Assembly: GCA_050261115.1 (NCBI GenBank)
Contig: JBLNCY010000057.1
Coordinates: 32,001-96,000 of the forward strand
DNA: 64,000 nucleotides
Reading direction: 5' to 3'
Origin: Methanocella sp.
GTDB lineage: Archaea; Thermoproteota; Bathyarchaeia; Bathyarchaeales; Bathycorpusculaceae
The notes beneath the pieces are model-generated. The model worked only from the letters and a program-made list of their open reading frames with translations. It was not told the origin of the DNA and searched no databases. Below, in pieces: positions 39,653 through 48,687 of the stretch. The position numbers and the translations under genes were made by a program. Within the stretch, counting starts at the first letter, position 1, and each line of letters opens with the position of its first letter.

Positions 39653-39708
39653 CTGTTGCTCTTGCGACCTACCCTCTCCCTTATATATAACCAACCATGG
39701 GTTTAACC
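39653..39708 (+). repeat. Dispersed intergenic element, copy 5
   Basis: CTGTTGCTCTTGCGACCTACCCTCTCCCTTATATATAACCAACCATGGGTTTAACC, 17 bp after the pcc1 stop. Confidence 0.9.
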
Positions 39709-39770
39709 TATGATTCGGGTATTTTGGCAAAATTTTAATATGTACTAAGCTAACGGCTGGCGGTAGCTAA

Positions 39771-40202
39771 TCACAGGTTACCCCGTTTCCACACCTTTAC
39801 TGTCTCATAGGCGAGAAACACAACAATGACCGACGTAGCAACCAAAGAAAAAACATATGCCTGATACAACACTGACGGCCGAAGAACCGTTAATTCAATC
39901 AATAAAACTGCGACTGCAAACATTGTATAAAAGAAGTATCTTGGAACTAAGAATCGGCTAATCTTTACACTGTTCTCCAGTAGGTATTTATTGACTGTGA
40001 ATCCGCCTGTTTCCCTTTTGAGTAACCCTGCATCCTCCAGCTTGGAAAGATGGTAGGTGGCAACTGAAGAACTGCTGAAATTCATCGCCCTCTGTAACTC
40101 GCGGGTACCGACGGGTTTGCGACTTTTAAGGAGAAACCGATACACTTCAAGAGTCGTACCCTTTAGCACTTCTTTTGATTCATCGGTAACCTCAGAGTTC
40201 AT
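39771..40202 (-). CDS. Winged-HTH (ArsR-like) regulator with two C-terminal TM helices
   Basis: LKGTTLEVY..L..P.GTRELQRAM.FSSSSVA.YHL.KL..AGL, then two hydrophobic helices. Confidence 0.82.
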   Translation of the reverse strand: MNSEVTDESKEVLKGTTLEVYRFLLKSRKPVGTRELQRAMNFSSSSVATYHLSKLEDAGLLKRETGGFTVNKYLLENSVKISRFLVPRYFFYTMFAVAVLLIELTVLRPSVLYQAYVFSLVATSVIVVFLAYETVKVWKRGNL

Positions 40203-40343
40203 AATGCCAACAATACACTTTAAAAGATTTAAGACCTATCCCTTTCACTCCTCAGGGCTTGATGTTCGAGAATTAGAACACTTTTTCTAAAAAATACGAT
40301 TAAATAAACGTCTGCGCCTTCAATATGGTAAGGTTCAGATAGA

Positions 40344-40604
40344 TTGAACTATAAGACTCTGCTAGCTCCATTGTTCGGGGTTGTTTTGGCTTTGTTGATA
40401 GCAATGGCTGTGATTCCGTATTGGCCTCAAGACCAACCCCAAGTTGCGCCGAGCCCAACTCCGCTACCTATCACGGGAACCCCTCCTCCGATCCAAGTTC
40501 CTTCTGCGGCAAACCTCTACTATTTTCCACCAATGATGCTCCTGCTAATTGCGGTAATCGTCGTCGCCTTGATTATTCTTCTATATTTCCGAAAAGAACC
40601 ATAG
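40344..40604 (+). CDS. Small 2-TM protein with Pro-rich linker
   Basis: 86 aa; TM - PQVAPSPTPLP - TM. Confidence 0.6.
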   Translation: MNYKTLLAPLFGVVLALLIAMAVIPYWPQDQPQVAPSPTPLPITGTPPPIQVPSAANLYYFPPMMLLLIAVIVVALIILLYFRKEP

Positions 40605-40700
40605 TGGCAGCTCTTTCTTGCTGTGCTAAAAAGAGAACACTCTGCACTAAAGCATTGCATTAAGTACTGCACTTTCCCTAGAAGTAATAGAAGTGGCAAA

Positions 40701-41315
40701 ATGTCAACCGCTGCCTCGTACCCCATAATTCAACTCTACATCATGCTGTTGAGCATCTGTGTAATTGTCGCGATAGCAGTGTTTTGGAAATACCCTTCAT
40801 TGAGGGTTTACCGCCGAAAACGCAATGTAGCAATTTACACTATTGTCCTTCTTGTATTCGGCCTAATAGCATATCAAGCCTACAATGCATCTCTGGGGCC
40901 AAATTTTATCTCGTTTAGTATACAAAAAACCCAAAACATCATCTACGTTGGAGAACAAAACCATTTCTTTGTAACCTGCCGTAGTGAAGGTGCCAGAGAA
41001 GTCCACTTTTATATGACCATCAATGCGAAAAATGCAACGCTCCAAACAAATGGGCATGAGGGCTATATACAGCTAAACGAAACAGCGATAAAAATTCCAT
41101 TCACTTTTCACGGAAACGGAGAACAAGCGCAGCCTGTATTCTTCACTGTTAACCCAAACGTTAGTAGTATCTCATTCTATCCTCGCATTGAACGCCTAGA
41201 CGGTGCTAAGATAGCTGTCATGACATATCTAAGCGAAATCCAATGCACCTTTGACCCCTCATCAAATAGTTATGTGATGGCTGCTTCAGTTTCTCAGCCG
41301 ACTGCTGTTCCCTAA
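40701..41315 (+). CDS. Membrane-anchored hypothetical protein (2 TM + beta-rich extracellular domain)
   Basis: Two N-terminal TM segments and several N-x-S/T sequons; start uncertain (track gives 40623). Confidence 0.65.
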   Translation: MSTAASYPIIQLYIMLLSICVIVAIAVFWKYPSLRVYRRKRNVAIYTIVLLVFGLIAYQAYNASLGPNFISFSIQKTQNIIYVGEQNHFFVTCRSEGAREVHFYMTINAKNATLQTNGHEGYIQLNETAIKIPFTFHGNGEQAQPVFFTVNPNVSSISFYPRIERLDGAKIAVMTYLSEIQCTFDPSSNSYVMAASVSQPTAVP

Positions 41316-41672
41316 TGGAGTAAGAATGGCATGGCTGTTTGGGTTGTTTCTATGTTGATTGCCGCAATACCTTTTGTGATACTTAGACTATCTTGTTCGT
41401 TAACCACCGACGGATTACAAAGGAATTTAGGGCTATCCCGAGTTTTTGGAACGTTTGTTCTGGGTGGGCCTTATTGTCATGTTTGCTTCTGTCTCATTTG
41501 TTGGCTGGCTGGGCGGGGGTATTCTTAGTTATCATCTGCTTCCCCACTCTCTCCCTTTGAGCTGTTGTATATCCCCGTTCAGCTTCTTGGGCTATGTATA
41601 GGCTCGCTTAGCATCGCCATACTATTGACTGTTATAGGTGCCAGAAACAAAAAGAAAAAACAAGGCCATTAA
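41315..41672 (+). pseudogene. Probable decayed membrane-protein gene
   Basis: Hydrophobic frame 41331-41528 ends at TAG, then the same frame continues ..LLYIPVQLLGLCIGSLSIAILLTVIGARNKKKKQGH*. Confidence 0.35.
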
Positions 41673-41681
41673 TTCACCAAG

Positions 41682-42860
41682 TTACAGCTTCCCAATTACT
41701 GTCCCGTTCCAGTAAATCAACCGATCATAGCGCGACTTTTGCATCCGTGCGGGGTCATCATAAACTATGTCAAAATCAGCGCCGTACTGCATAGTCAGAT
41801 TCTGGACGTCACCATATATGCCTGCGGATAGGCTGTCGGAGCCCCAGAGTCCCCAGATGGTGTCAGTTGCGCTTCCAAACTTGTAACCATAGTTGGCGGG
41901 CAAAACATAGGCTGTCTTGACGTTTTCATGGTTCCTGTTGGCTGGGGGGTGGGTTTGTATGTGATTCCAGAATGTTTTCAGCGTGTCTAGGTGTTCGGTG
42001 GTTAGGATGCCATATTGGGCTGAGGGTATCTCTGGATAGTTAAAGACGATGGCAAACTTGGCGCCGTTGTTGTAGGCAAGTAGTAGGTCATTGTACATTG
42101 AGGCGCCGTCTTGTAGGTAGGGTGAACCGCTATGGTTGGTGTAGGTCCAGGTTATAATGGCGCCCCAATCCCTCTCAAACGCCCGTGCCGCACCCCTAAC
42201 AAACGCGATCTGCTGTTGTCGGCTATTGTTCCATCCAAATTCAGCTAAGACGGCATCGTAGCCTGCTTGGTAATCAAACCAGTACAAGCCATAATCAGCC
42301 GTTAAAACACGCTGCCCCGCATCCTGATAGTACCTTATCTCGGGGCTCAGAACGCTAACGTACTTTTCTGCGGCTTCTTTGTGGCTTTCTGCACTGGTGA
42401 CCTCTTGATAGCGGCTACGGTCTAGCTGATCTCCGCCCGGTTCGTCCCACCGATAAACAGCTACAAACTTGTCGCCATACCTTGCCTTTGCGTCTGAGAC
42501 CCACTGTGCTGGCGTATAGTCCTCCCAACCACTGTACTGGGTGAGGTTAGTGAATAGCACTACAAAGTTTAGACCCGCTTCGATTATGTAGTTGCAGCTT
42601 AAATCAAGCAGAGTTCGGTTTATAGAAACCTCCGGCAACCCCAGAACAACTATGTTAGTGTAGCCTTTGACTTCGTTGACAACGGCTTCTAGGTCTTCAA
42701 AGTTTCCGTATGCAACCTCAACGCCCACAAAAAACTCAGACAACCCACCCCCTGCATCAAACCGCAAAGAAAAAAACATCGCCAAAAAGACTGTAAATAT
42801 AAGTATTCCTGACAAGGCGATTTTTTGTTTTCCCAAGAACTCTCTTGATTTAGCTCGCAT
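41682..42860 (-). CDS. Secreted/membrane-anchored hypothetical protein, possible glycoside-hydrolase-like TIM barrel
   Basis: N-terminal TM; Y.WDEPGG.QLD, TADYGLYWFDY.AGYD.VLAEFGWN, WG.IITW. Confidence 0.7.
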   Translation of the reverse strand: MRAKSREFLGKQKIALSGILIFTVFLAMFFSLRFDAGGGLSEFFVGVEVAYGNFEDLEAVVNEVKGYTNIVVLGLPEVSINRTLLDLSCNYIIEAGLNFVVLFTNLTQYSGWEDYTPAQWVSDAKARYGDKFVAVYRWDEPGGDQLDRSRYQEVTSAESHKEAAEKYVSVLSPEIRYYQDAGQRVLTADYGLYWFDYQAGYDAVLAEFGWNNSRQQQIAFVRGAARAFERDWGAIITWTYTNHSGSPYLQDGASMYNDLLLAYNNGAKFAIVFNYPEIPSAQYGILTTEHLDTLKTFWNHIQTHPPANRNHENVKTAYVLPANYGYKFGSATDTIWGLWGSDSLSAGIYGDVQNLTMQYGADFDIVYDDPARMQKSRYDRLIYWNGTVIGKL

Positions 42861-42917
42861 GCAAAGAAATATGCGCTAGATTCAAGAAAAGCTTTGTCGA
42901 AAACCGCTTGTAGCAGC

Positions 42918-42940
42918 TTATTCGAGGGGGGGCTATGGAA
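42918..42940 (-). repeat. Possible degenerate copy of the dispersed element
   Basis: TTATTCGAGGGGGGGCTATGGAA resembles the core of copy 4 (TATATAAGGGGGGGTCTATGGCA); short match only. Confidence 0.35.
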
Positions 42941-43100
42941 ACTTTGCGCATTGAAAAGCGGTGCTGTTGATGGATTGCTTATCGGCTGATTGTTTATCTT
43001 GGTTGTTAGCCCTCAAATAATATGTCCTTGGTACATATGTTGTGCCCATTAGGTTTGGCTAATTGTATTTTTGCTAAAATATACGGGTTCCTTGTCTAGG

Positions 43101-43114
43101 GAAGGTTTAAATAA
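43101..43114 (+). promoter_or_regulatory. Putative BRE/TATA promoter of the S13 operon
   Basis: GAAGGTTTAAATAA ~55 bp upstream of the rps13 ATG. Confidence 0.6.
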
Positions 43115-43168
43115 ACACCAAGTCATTTCGTATATGCTTCAAAGTTAAAAAACGGATGAAAATTCAGC

Positions 43169-43648
43169 ATGTCACAGGAATACCGCTATATTGTTCGTAT
43201 CATGGGTACAGACGTTCAAGGTACCTTAAAGACTTCCTACGCAGTCGCGCATGTCAAAGGGATAAGCAATAGCCTTGCTAACGCAGTCATCAAAAAAGCA
43301 GGCGTAAATCCAGACCTGCGCGTTGGCTTAATTACTGAATCAGACATCGCAAAAATTGAGGATGTCATCCGGGACCCCGTAAGATACGGCATACCCGGCT
43401 GGATGTTTAACCGCCGAAAAGACATAGAAACCGGCAAAGACCAACACGTTCTAAGCGCAGACTTAGCATTCAAAATTAAAACAGATATTGACTTAGCCAA
43501 AGAAATCAGGTCCTGGCGTGGATACCGCCATGCATACAGCCTGAAAGTAAGGGGCCAAAGAACCAAGACCACCGGACGCCAAGGCAAATCTCTCGGAGTT
43601 AAGAAAAAGGCCGTCCAAGGAAAGCCTGGCGCTGAAGGAGGCAAATAA
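43169..43648 (+). CDS. rps13: 30S ribosomal protein S13
   Basis: [41 protein letters not shown]. Confidence 0.97.
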   Translation: MSQEYRYIVRIMGTDVQGTLKTSYAVAHVKGISNSLANAVIKKAGVNPDLRVGLITESDIAKIEDVIRDPVRYGIPGWMFNRRKDIETGKDQHVLSADLAFKIKTDIDLAKEIRSWRGYRHAYSLKVRGQRTKTTGRQGKSLGVKKKAVQGKPGAEGGK

Positions 43649-43650
43649 GC

Positions 43651-44241
43651 ATGGGAGATCCAAAGAAGCAGCGTAAGAAATTCGAGACGCCACGGTTCCA
43701 ATGGCGCAAAGACGTTCTCCAAGAAGAACTTAAACTCCTCGGACAATATGGCTTACGAAACAAACATGAACTCTGGCGCCACAAAACCACCCTATCCAAA
43801 GCCAGAGGCATCGCACGTTCACTCATCAGCAAATCAACCGAAGAACGCGCAAAAATGGAAAACGAACTCCTCAGCCAACTTAAAAAGAAAGGCATCCTAC
43901 AGGAAACCGCAGTACTCGACAATGTACTCGACTTAACCATCGAGGACATACTCGAACGCAGGCTACAAACAATTGTTTTCCGCAAAGGCTTAGCACGTAC
44001 AAGCTTCCAAGCGCGTCAACTAATCACACACGGCCATGTTAGCATCGATGGTCGCAGAGTAACAATCCCAGGCTACATCGTACAAAAAGACGAAGAAGCA
44101 AAGATCGCATACACGGCTGATAGCCCGGTAGCAAATCAGGAACACGCATTACGTGTCGGCTTAACAGTAGTTGCCAAACAACCCGAACTAAGGCAGCAAG
44201 GTAGAGGCCGAAGAGGCGGACGCGGAGGCGGCAGATTTTGA
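43651..44241 (+). CDS. rps4: 30S ribosomal protein S4
   Basis: [40 protein letters not shown]. Confidence 0.97.
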   Translation: MGDPKKQRKKFETPRFQWRKDVLQEELKLLGQYGLRNKHELWRHKTTLSKARGIARSLISKSTEERAKMENELLSQLKKKGILQETAVLDNVLDLTIEDILERRLQTIVFRKGLARTSFQARQLITHGHVSIDGRRVTIPGYIVQKDEEAKIAYTADSPVANQEHALRVGLTVVAKQPELRQQGRGRRGGRGGGRF

Positions 44242-44648
44242 GCATCAACCCAAACAGCAAACGTAACGACAAGTGGGCAATCGTCCACATATACAGCTCC
44301 TACAACAACACCCTAATCCACATAACCGACATATCCGGCGCAGAAACTATCGCACGCACAACCGGCGGCATGTTCGTCAAAGCCGACCGCATGGAATCCT
44401 CACCCTATGCAGCCATGCGTGCAGCAACAGGCGCAGCAGAAATCGCCCGCGACAAAGGCATCACCGCAATCCACATCAAAGTCCGCGCACCAGGCGGATC
44501 AGGACCCCGAACACCTGGCCCCGGTGCACAAGCAGCAATCAGAGCCCTAGCAAGATTTGGCTTCCGTATTGAACGAATCGAAGAAGTCACCCCGGTCCCA
44601 CACGACGGCACAAGACGCCCCGGTGGCAGAAGAGGAAGAAGAGTCTAA
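44238..44648 (+). CDS. rps11: 30S ribosomal protein S11
   Basis: [39 protein letters not shown]. Confidence 0.97.
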   Translation: MSINPNSKRNDKWAIVHIYSSYNNTLIHITDISGAETIARTTGGMFVKADRMESSPYAAMRAATGAAEIARDKGITAIHIKVRAPGGSGPRTPGPGAQAAIRALARFGFRIERIEEVTPVPHDGTRRPGGRRGRRV

Positions 44649-44754
44649 CTCTCCTTATCCCCAATTTGTTAAGGCGAAAAATACAAATAATGCACCGAAA
44701 TATCGTATTGACCGCAACGGCAATTATAGTAACCTTATTGGAGTGTCCCAGCAA

Positions 44755-45570
44755 GTGAAGATAGAAATCTTGGAAAAAAACGATACTAATCTCCGTATAG
44801 TCGTAAAAGACGCGGACGTTCCCCTAATGAATGCTCTGCGTCGCTTAGCACTTGCTGAAGTCCCCTGCATGGCAATCGAAGAAGTTGTCATGATAGAAAA
44901 CAGCTCAATTCTACAAGACGAAATAATTGCACATCGCCTCGGCTTAACGCCGCTCCGCACCGATCTTGACGCATACAACCTGCCCGAGGAATGCGAATGC
45001 CAAAGCGAATTCGGCTGCCCCCAATGCCGAGTAACCCTAACACTTGACGCTGAGGCAAAAGACGGAACAAGAACCGTATACAGCGGCGAAATCGTCTCTG
45101 AAAACCCCGAAATTCTACCGGTATCAGACAAAATCCCAATTATCAAACTGGCCAAGAACCAAAAGCTAAAGCTCGAAGCCTACGCACGGCTCGGTAAAGG
45201 CAAAACCCACGCAAAGTGGCAGCCAGTTTCCATGTGCACATACAAGTACTATCCAAAAATCACGGTTCCAGAAGAGAACTGTGAAGACTGCACAAAATGC
45301 GCGGACATATGCCCCAAACGGGTCTATGCGGTGAAAGACGGCAAAGTTGACGTCCGAGACCTATTGGCCTGCAATTTATGTATGGACTGCGTTGAAGCAT
45401 GCCCAAAGAAGCCTTCCCCAATAAAGGTCGAATGGGAAAAGAACCAATTCATCATGAATGTTGAATCTACAGGTGCGCTTCCACCCGAGCGAGTGCTCAA
45501 AGAAGCCACTAAACTGTTAGGTAAACAATTAAACGAGTTTAAAGAACAAATCAAGGCGACACAACAATGA
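44755..45570 (+). CDS. rpoD: DNA-directed RNA polymerase subunit D (Rpo3) with ferredoxin-like domain
   Basis: NALRR..AEVP.MAI, NSS.L.DE.IAHRLGL.P, HAKWQP, two CxxCxxCxxxCP motifs; GTG start at 44755. Confidence 0.96.
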   Translation: MKIEILEKNDTNLRIVVKDADVPLMNALRRLALAEVPCMAIEEVVMIENSSILQDEIIAHRLGLTPLRTDLDAYNLPEECECQSEFGCPQCRVTLTLDAEAKDGTRTVYSGEIVSENPEILPVSDKIPIIKLAKNQKLKLEAYARLGKGKTHAKWQPVSMCTYKYYPKITVPEENCEDCTKCADICPKRVYAVKDGKVDVRDLLACNLCMDCVEACPKKPSPIKVEWEKNQFIMNVESTGALPPERVLKEATKLLGKQLNEFKEQIKATQQ

Positions 45571-45929
45571 GAAAAACAAAATCAACCAACCCACAACTAG
45601 TCGAACTTATCAGTCTTCTACGTAAAACCAGCAAAGAGCAAGAAGCTCCAATCTGGGCTGACGTAGCTGACACACTTGCACACACACGCCGCCAACGAAC
45701 CGTCATAAACCTCAGCAACATCAACCGATGCACCGAGCAAGCAGACGTCGTCGTTGTTCCAGGCAAAGTTTTAGCTTCAGGCGCCCTAGATCACACTGTA
45801 ACCGTCGCCGCCTTCGAGGCTTCTGGCGCAGCAAAAGCCAAGCTTGAAGCATCAAAAGGAAAACTAATCTCAATCCCAGAGCTCCTATCGCAAAATCCAA
45901 AGGGCTCTAAAGTAAAAATCGTCCGGTGA
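45567..45929 (+). CDS. rpl18e: 50S ribosomal protein L18e
   Basis: TNPQL..LI..L, IW..VA..L, INLS.INR, VVVPGKVL.SG. Confidence 0.96.
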   Translation: MRKTKSTNPQLVELISLLRKTSKEQEAPIWADVADTLAHTRRQRTVINLSNINRCTEQADVVVVPGKVLASGALDHTVTVAAFEASGAAKAKLEASKGKLISIPELLSQNPKGSKVKIVR

Positions 45930-45936
45930 AAATAAA

Positions 45937-46389
45937 ATGGCACAAACAACAAATAAATCCACAGTTACCTTGGTGAACGCTGAAGGCCAAATTGTAGGCC
46001 GCATGTGCAGCAAAATCGCCAAACTGCTCCTAAACGGCGAAGAAGTCATCATACTTAACGCTGAAAAGGCAGTGTTTTCCGGTAAGAAAAAGAGCAAAAT
46101 CGCTGAAGCACACCTATTCCTAGAAGTAGGTGCGCCCTCCCGTGGTCCATTTCACTACCGTAGACCCGACCGTTTCCTACGTAAAACAGTTCGCGGTATG
46201 CTGCCCTTTAAGCAGCCTAAGGGCGTAGCCGCCTATAAGCGTCTAAAAGCCTTCATGGGTGTGCCCCCAGAGTTTGCAGGTAAAAAAATGATCTCTTTCG
46301 ATGACGCCCAATCAACAGATTTGAAAGGGCCACACTTTACCTTAGCCGAACTCGCCAAAGAGATCGGCTGGAGAAACAGGATGGAATAA
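45937..46389 (+). CDS. rpl13: 50S ribosomal protein L13
   Basis: IVGR..S.IAK.LL.GE, NAEKAV, RKTVRGMLP. Confidence 0.96.
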   Translation: MAQTTNKSTVTLVNAEGQIVGRMCSKIAKLLLNGEEVIILNAEKAVFSGKKKSKIAEAHLFLEVGAPSRGPFHYRRPDRFLRKTVRGMLPFKQPKGVAAYKRLKAFMGVPPEFAGKKMISFDDAQSTDLKGPHFTLAELAKEIGWRNRME

Positions 46390-46391
46390 TT

Positions 46392-46811
46392 ATGCCAACA
46401 ACACCAGCAAAGAAAGTCCTCGTAGTAAGTGGGAAAAGAAAAACAGCTGTAGCCCGAGCAATCATAAAGCAGGGCGCAGGCAAAGTCCGCATAAACATGA
46501 CTCCAGTTGAAATATACTCGCCAGAGATTGCAAAAGCAAAAATCATGGAGCCACTCCTCCAAGCTGGCGGAGATGTCTGGACACAGCTAGACATGGACGT
46601 TAAAACCAGCGGTGGCGGCTATATGGGTCAAGCAGAGGCAGCCCGTATGGCAATCGCAAACGGCATCCTCAAATGGACCAAGAGCACGCATCTACGCACT
46701 GTCTTCAACGAATATGATCGCACAATGGTTGCGGGTGACTCTCGTACAAAAGAGACAAAGAAGGTTGGCGGAGCAGGCGCAAGGGCTAAAGAACAGAAAT
46801 CATACCGATAA
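46392..46811 (+). CDS. rps9: 30S ribosomal protein S9
   Basis: GKRKTAVARA, GGG..GQAEA, YDRT..GD.R, QKSYR. Confidence 0.97.
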   Translation: MPTTPAKKVLVVSGKRKTAVARAIIKQGAGKVRINMTPVEIYSPEIAKAKIMEPLLQAGGDVWTQLDMDVKTSGGGYMGQAEAARMAIANGILKWTKSTHLRTVFNEYDRTMVAGDSRTKETKKVGGAGARAKEQKSYR

Positions 46812-46826
46812 GGAGAGAAAGAAATA

Positions 46827-47057
46827 GTGATTATTCCCGTAAGATGCTTCACCTGCGGCAAGTTGGTTGGAGACCGATGGGACGAATTCACACGCCGAAT
46901 CAAGACCGGCGAAAACGCAAGCGACGTACTAGACAGCCTTGGCCTTAAGCGCTACTGTTGCCGTCGTATGCTTCTCTCTAACGTCGAGATTATCGACGAA
47001 GTTCTGCGCTTCTATGAAGAAGCAGAGAAACGTAAAGAAGCCCGAAACTTCTACTAA
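46827..47057 (+). CDS. rpoN: DNA-directed RNA polymerase subunit N (Rpo10)
   Basis: [19 protein letters not shown]. Confidence 0.97.
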   Translation: MIIPVRCFTCGKLVGDRWDEFTRRIKTGENASDVLDSLGLKRYCCRRMLLSNVEIIDEVLRFYEEAEKRKEARNFY

Positions 47058-47062
47058 ACTAC

Positions 47063-47092
47063 AGTAAACCCTCCTTTAGGGTTACTATTTTT
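47063..47092 (+). terminator. Putative hairpin + T-tract terminator after rpoN
   Basis: AGTAAACCCT-CCTTT-AGGGTTACT followed by ATTTTT. Confidence 0.5.
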
Positions 47093-47153
47093 ATTAATTC
47101 TGTTTTGTCGCTGTTACTGTAGCGTGCTGTACTGGGTCTCCAGTAGACAACCT

Positions 47154-47188
47154 TGTTGCTATATCATGCGACCCTCCATTAGATAGAG
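47154..47188 (+). repeat. Possible degenerate copy of the dispersed element
   Basis: TGTTGCT-N12-CCTCCATTAGATAGAG versus copy 2 TGTTGCT-N14-CCTCCCTTATATATAG (13/16 in the second block). Confidence 0.5.
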
Positions 47189-47267
47189 GCGGCTTGAGTG
47201 GGACCTAGGAAGCCGTTCTGTTGGCATTAAAAATTGCTTTAATGTTTGTACTTTTATGGAAAATAGT

Positions 47268-47981
47268 TTAGAAGAAATTTGTCAGGGACATATTTGGGCT
47301 TGGCGGCTCAGCTGTACCCAGCATGTAGGTTGGGTGTTTTTCAAGGTTGAGTTCTGCTGTGTAGGGTGCTTTTTGGTAGGATAGGACGGTGTTGGCTTTT
47401 GATAGAGCCATTTCTTTTAGGGCGATGTTTCTGATGCTGCCCTCACGGTTTAGGTAGGTTGCCACGATTATTATTTGATGTTTCTCTGCGAGGTAAACGA
47501 GATAGTTGATTATTTGGGTGTAGACTCGCTGGATTTCTTCTTTTGGGAAGGCACTGATGAGGAATAAGTTTGCAATGTCTGAGACAACTACGAGTTTAGC
47601 GTTGCATGCCTTAATTTTTTCCTCTAACTTTTCTGTTATGAATGAGGTTAGTTGGTATAAGGTAAAGGCGCTGAAGTTGAGGATGCGTTGGCGTGCAATC
47701 TGAGCGTTTATGTGGTTTTGTTTTGCGAATTGGGCAATTTCTTCTGGTCTAAAGGTGCTTGCGGTGTCAATGTAGATGACGTTGCTTGATAGGCCGCCGA
47801 GCTGTGTCGGTAGTTGCGCTCGTACGCAAAGCAGTGAAACTAAGGAAGACATTGATGGTGACCCGTAGATGACGGCGAATTCTCCTGGCGTGAAGCCTGG
47901 GAAGAGGTAGTCGACTTCTGGTGTGTTGAATGTGAATTTCTGTTGCGCCGTTTGGGGCTTTACCATCATTTTCTGCATCAT
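47268..47981 (-). CDS. Inactivated RadA/Rad51-like protein (Walker A lost)
   Basis: RAQLP..LGGL..NVIYIDT..TFRPE and LVVVSDI mirror RadA; the P-loop position reads YGSPSMSS instead of GxxxxGKT. Confidence 0.8.
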   Translation of the reverse strand: MMQKMMVKPQTAQQKFTFNTPEVDYLFPGFTPGEFAVIYGSPSMSSLVSLLCVRAQLPTQLGGLSSNVIYIDTASTFRPEEIAQFAKQNHINAQIARQRILNFSAFTLYQLTSFITEKLEEKIKACNAKLVVVSDIANLFLISAFPKEEIQRVYTQIINYLVYLAEKHQIIIVATYLNREGSIRNIALKEMALSKANTVLSYQKAPYTAELNLEKHPTYMLGTAEPPSPNMSLTNFF

Positions 47982-48101
47982 TGTTTATTCACCGTATGTT
48001 ATGGAACATGGTAACCCCTGTTTTGCCTATTTAAATCATCGAAGAAGAGACAAACCCATACAGGGGGGAGGTGCCTGAAAGTAAAAGTAAAAATAGGTAT
48101 C

Positions 48102-48332
48102 TTATGCTTGGTTAATTTGCCGTTTGCGTAGCTCTTTTTGTTGTTGAATAATCACGTTCGCTAACGAAGCTAAGAATATTACTGCAAACGCAAAGATGGC
48201 GATGCCTATTTTGTAGCTAAAATCGATGTCTAAGGCGAAAAGCGCCAGCACCGTAATAAGCGTCAAGGCTAAAACAAGCGCTTCTTGAACGGTACCAAAC
48301 ACCCTGGTTGTACTACCAAAACTCAAGCCCAA
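48102..48332 (-). CDS. Small 2-TM membrane protein
   Basis: 76 aa, two hydrophobic helices and a basic tail; GGTGA SD before TTG. Confidence 0.65.
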   Translation of the reverse strand: MGLSFGSTTRVFGTVQEALVLALTLITVLALFALDIDFSYKIGIAIFAFAVIFLASLANVIIQQQKELRKRQINQA

Positions 48333-48454
48333 TCACCATTTACTCATGTTGAGCTCCTGCGCGAAATATTAATTTATTGCAAAAAATAATCCCTTCTGCC
48401 GGTTATCTTTATAGAATGAAAAGTGAAGTAGCTGAAAAGAGAGTGTTTGTTGGT

Positions 48455-48676
48455 TTAGAAGCCGTTTACAGCTGCTTCTTTGACTCGGCTTTCAATGAAT
48501 TGGGGCCACTTTTTCTTCGCTGCAATTCCGTTCGTTTTCTTGATCGATGAGTTGCTGTTTCACGGTGCAAGTAGTTTCTCGACATCTACTGGTTTTAGGA
48601 GGTGTGCGTCTGCGTTTTTATTTAGGGATAGCGTTTTGAGGGATTCAAGTTTCTTGTTCAGGTCGTTGGAAGTCAT
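48455..48676 (-). pseudogene. Relic of a receiver-domain response regulator (C-terminal part, frameshifted)
   Basis: Fragments SLNKNADAHLLKPVDVEKLL / TVKQQL..SEEKVA / QFIESRVKE in shifting frames resemble the GADxY..KP end of REC domains. Confidence 0.6.
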
Positions 48677-48687
48677 GAAAGAAACCT

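Noticed and set aside
41526-41528. In-frame TAG as possible pyrrolysine readthrough
   Set aside because: No pyl genes or methylamine methyltransferase context in the window; the 5' end also looks frameshifted, so decay is the simpler explanation.
44557-44754. N-terminal extensions given by the ORF track (rpoD 44557, hemerythrin 7341, DUF167 13113, KGG 32590, TopoIB 11467)
   Set aside because: They overlap upstream genes or precede clear SD/overlap-coupled starts, and family homology begins at the later codons.
47100-47260. tRNA or structured ncRNA after rpoN (several short hairpins)
   Set aside because: No cloverleaf and no T-loop GTTCRA motif; the hairpins are short and unlinked.
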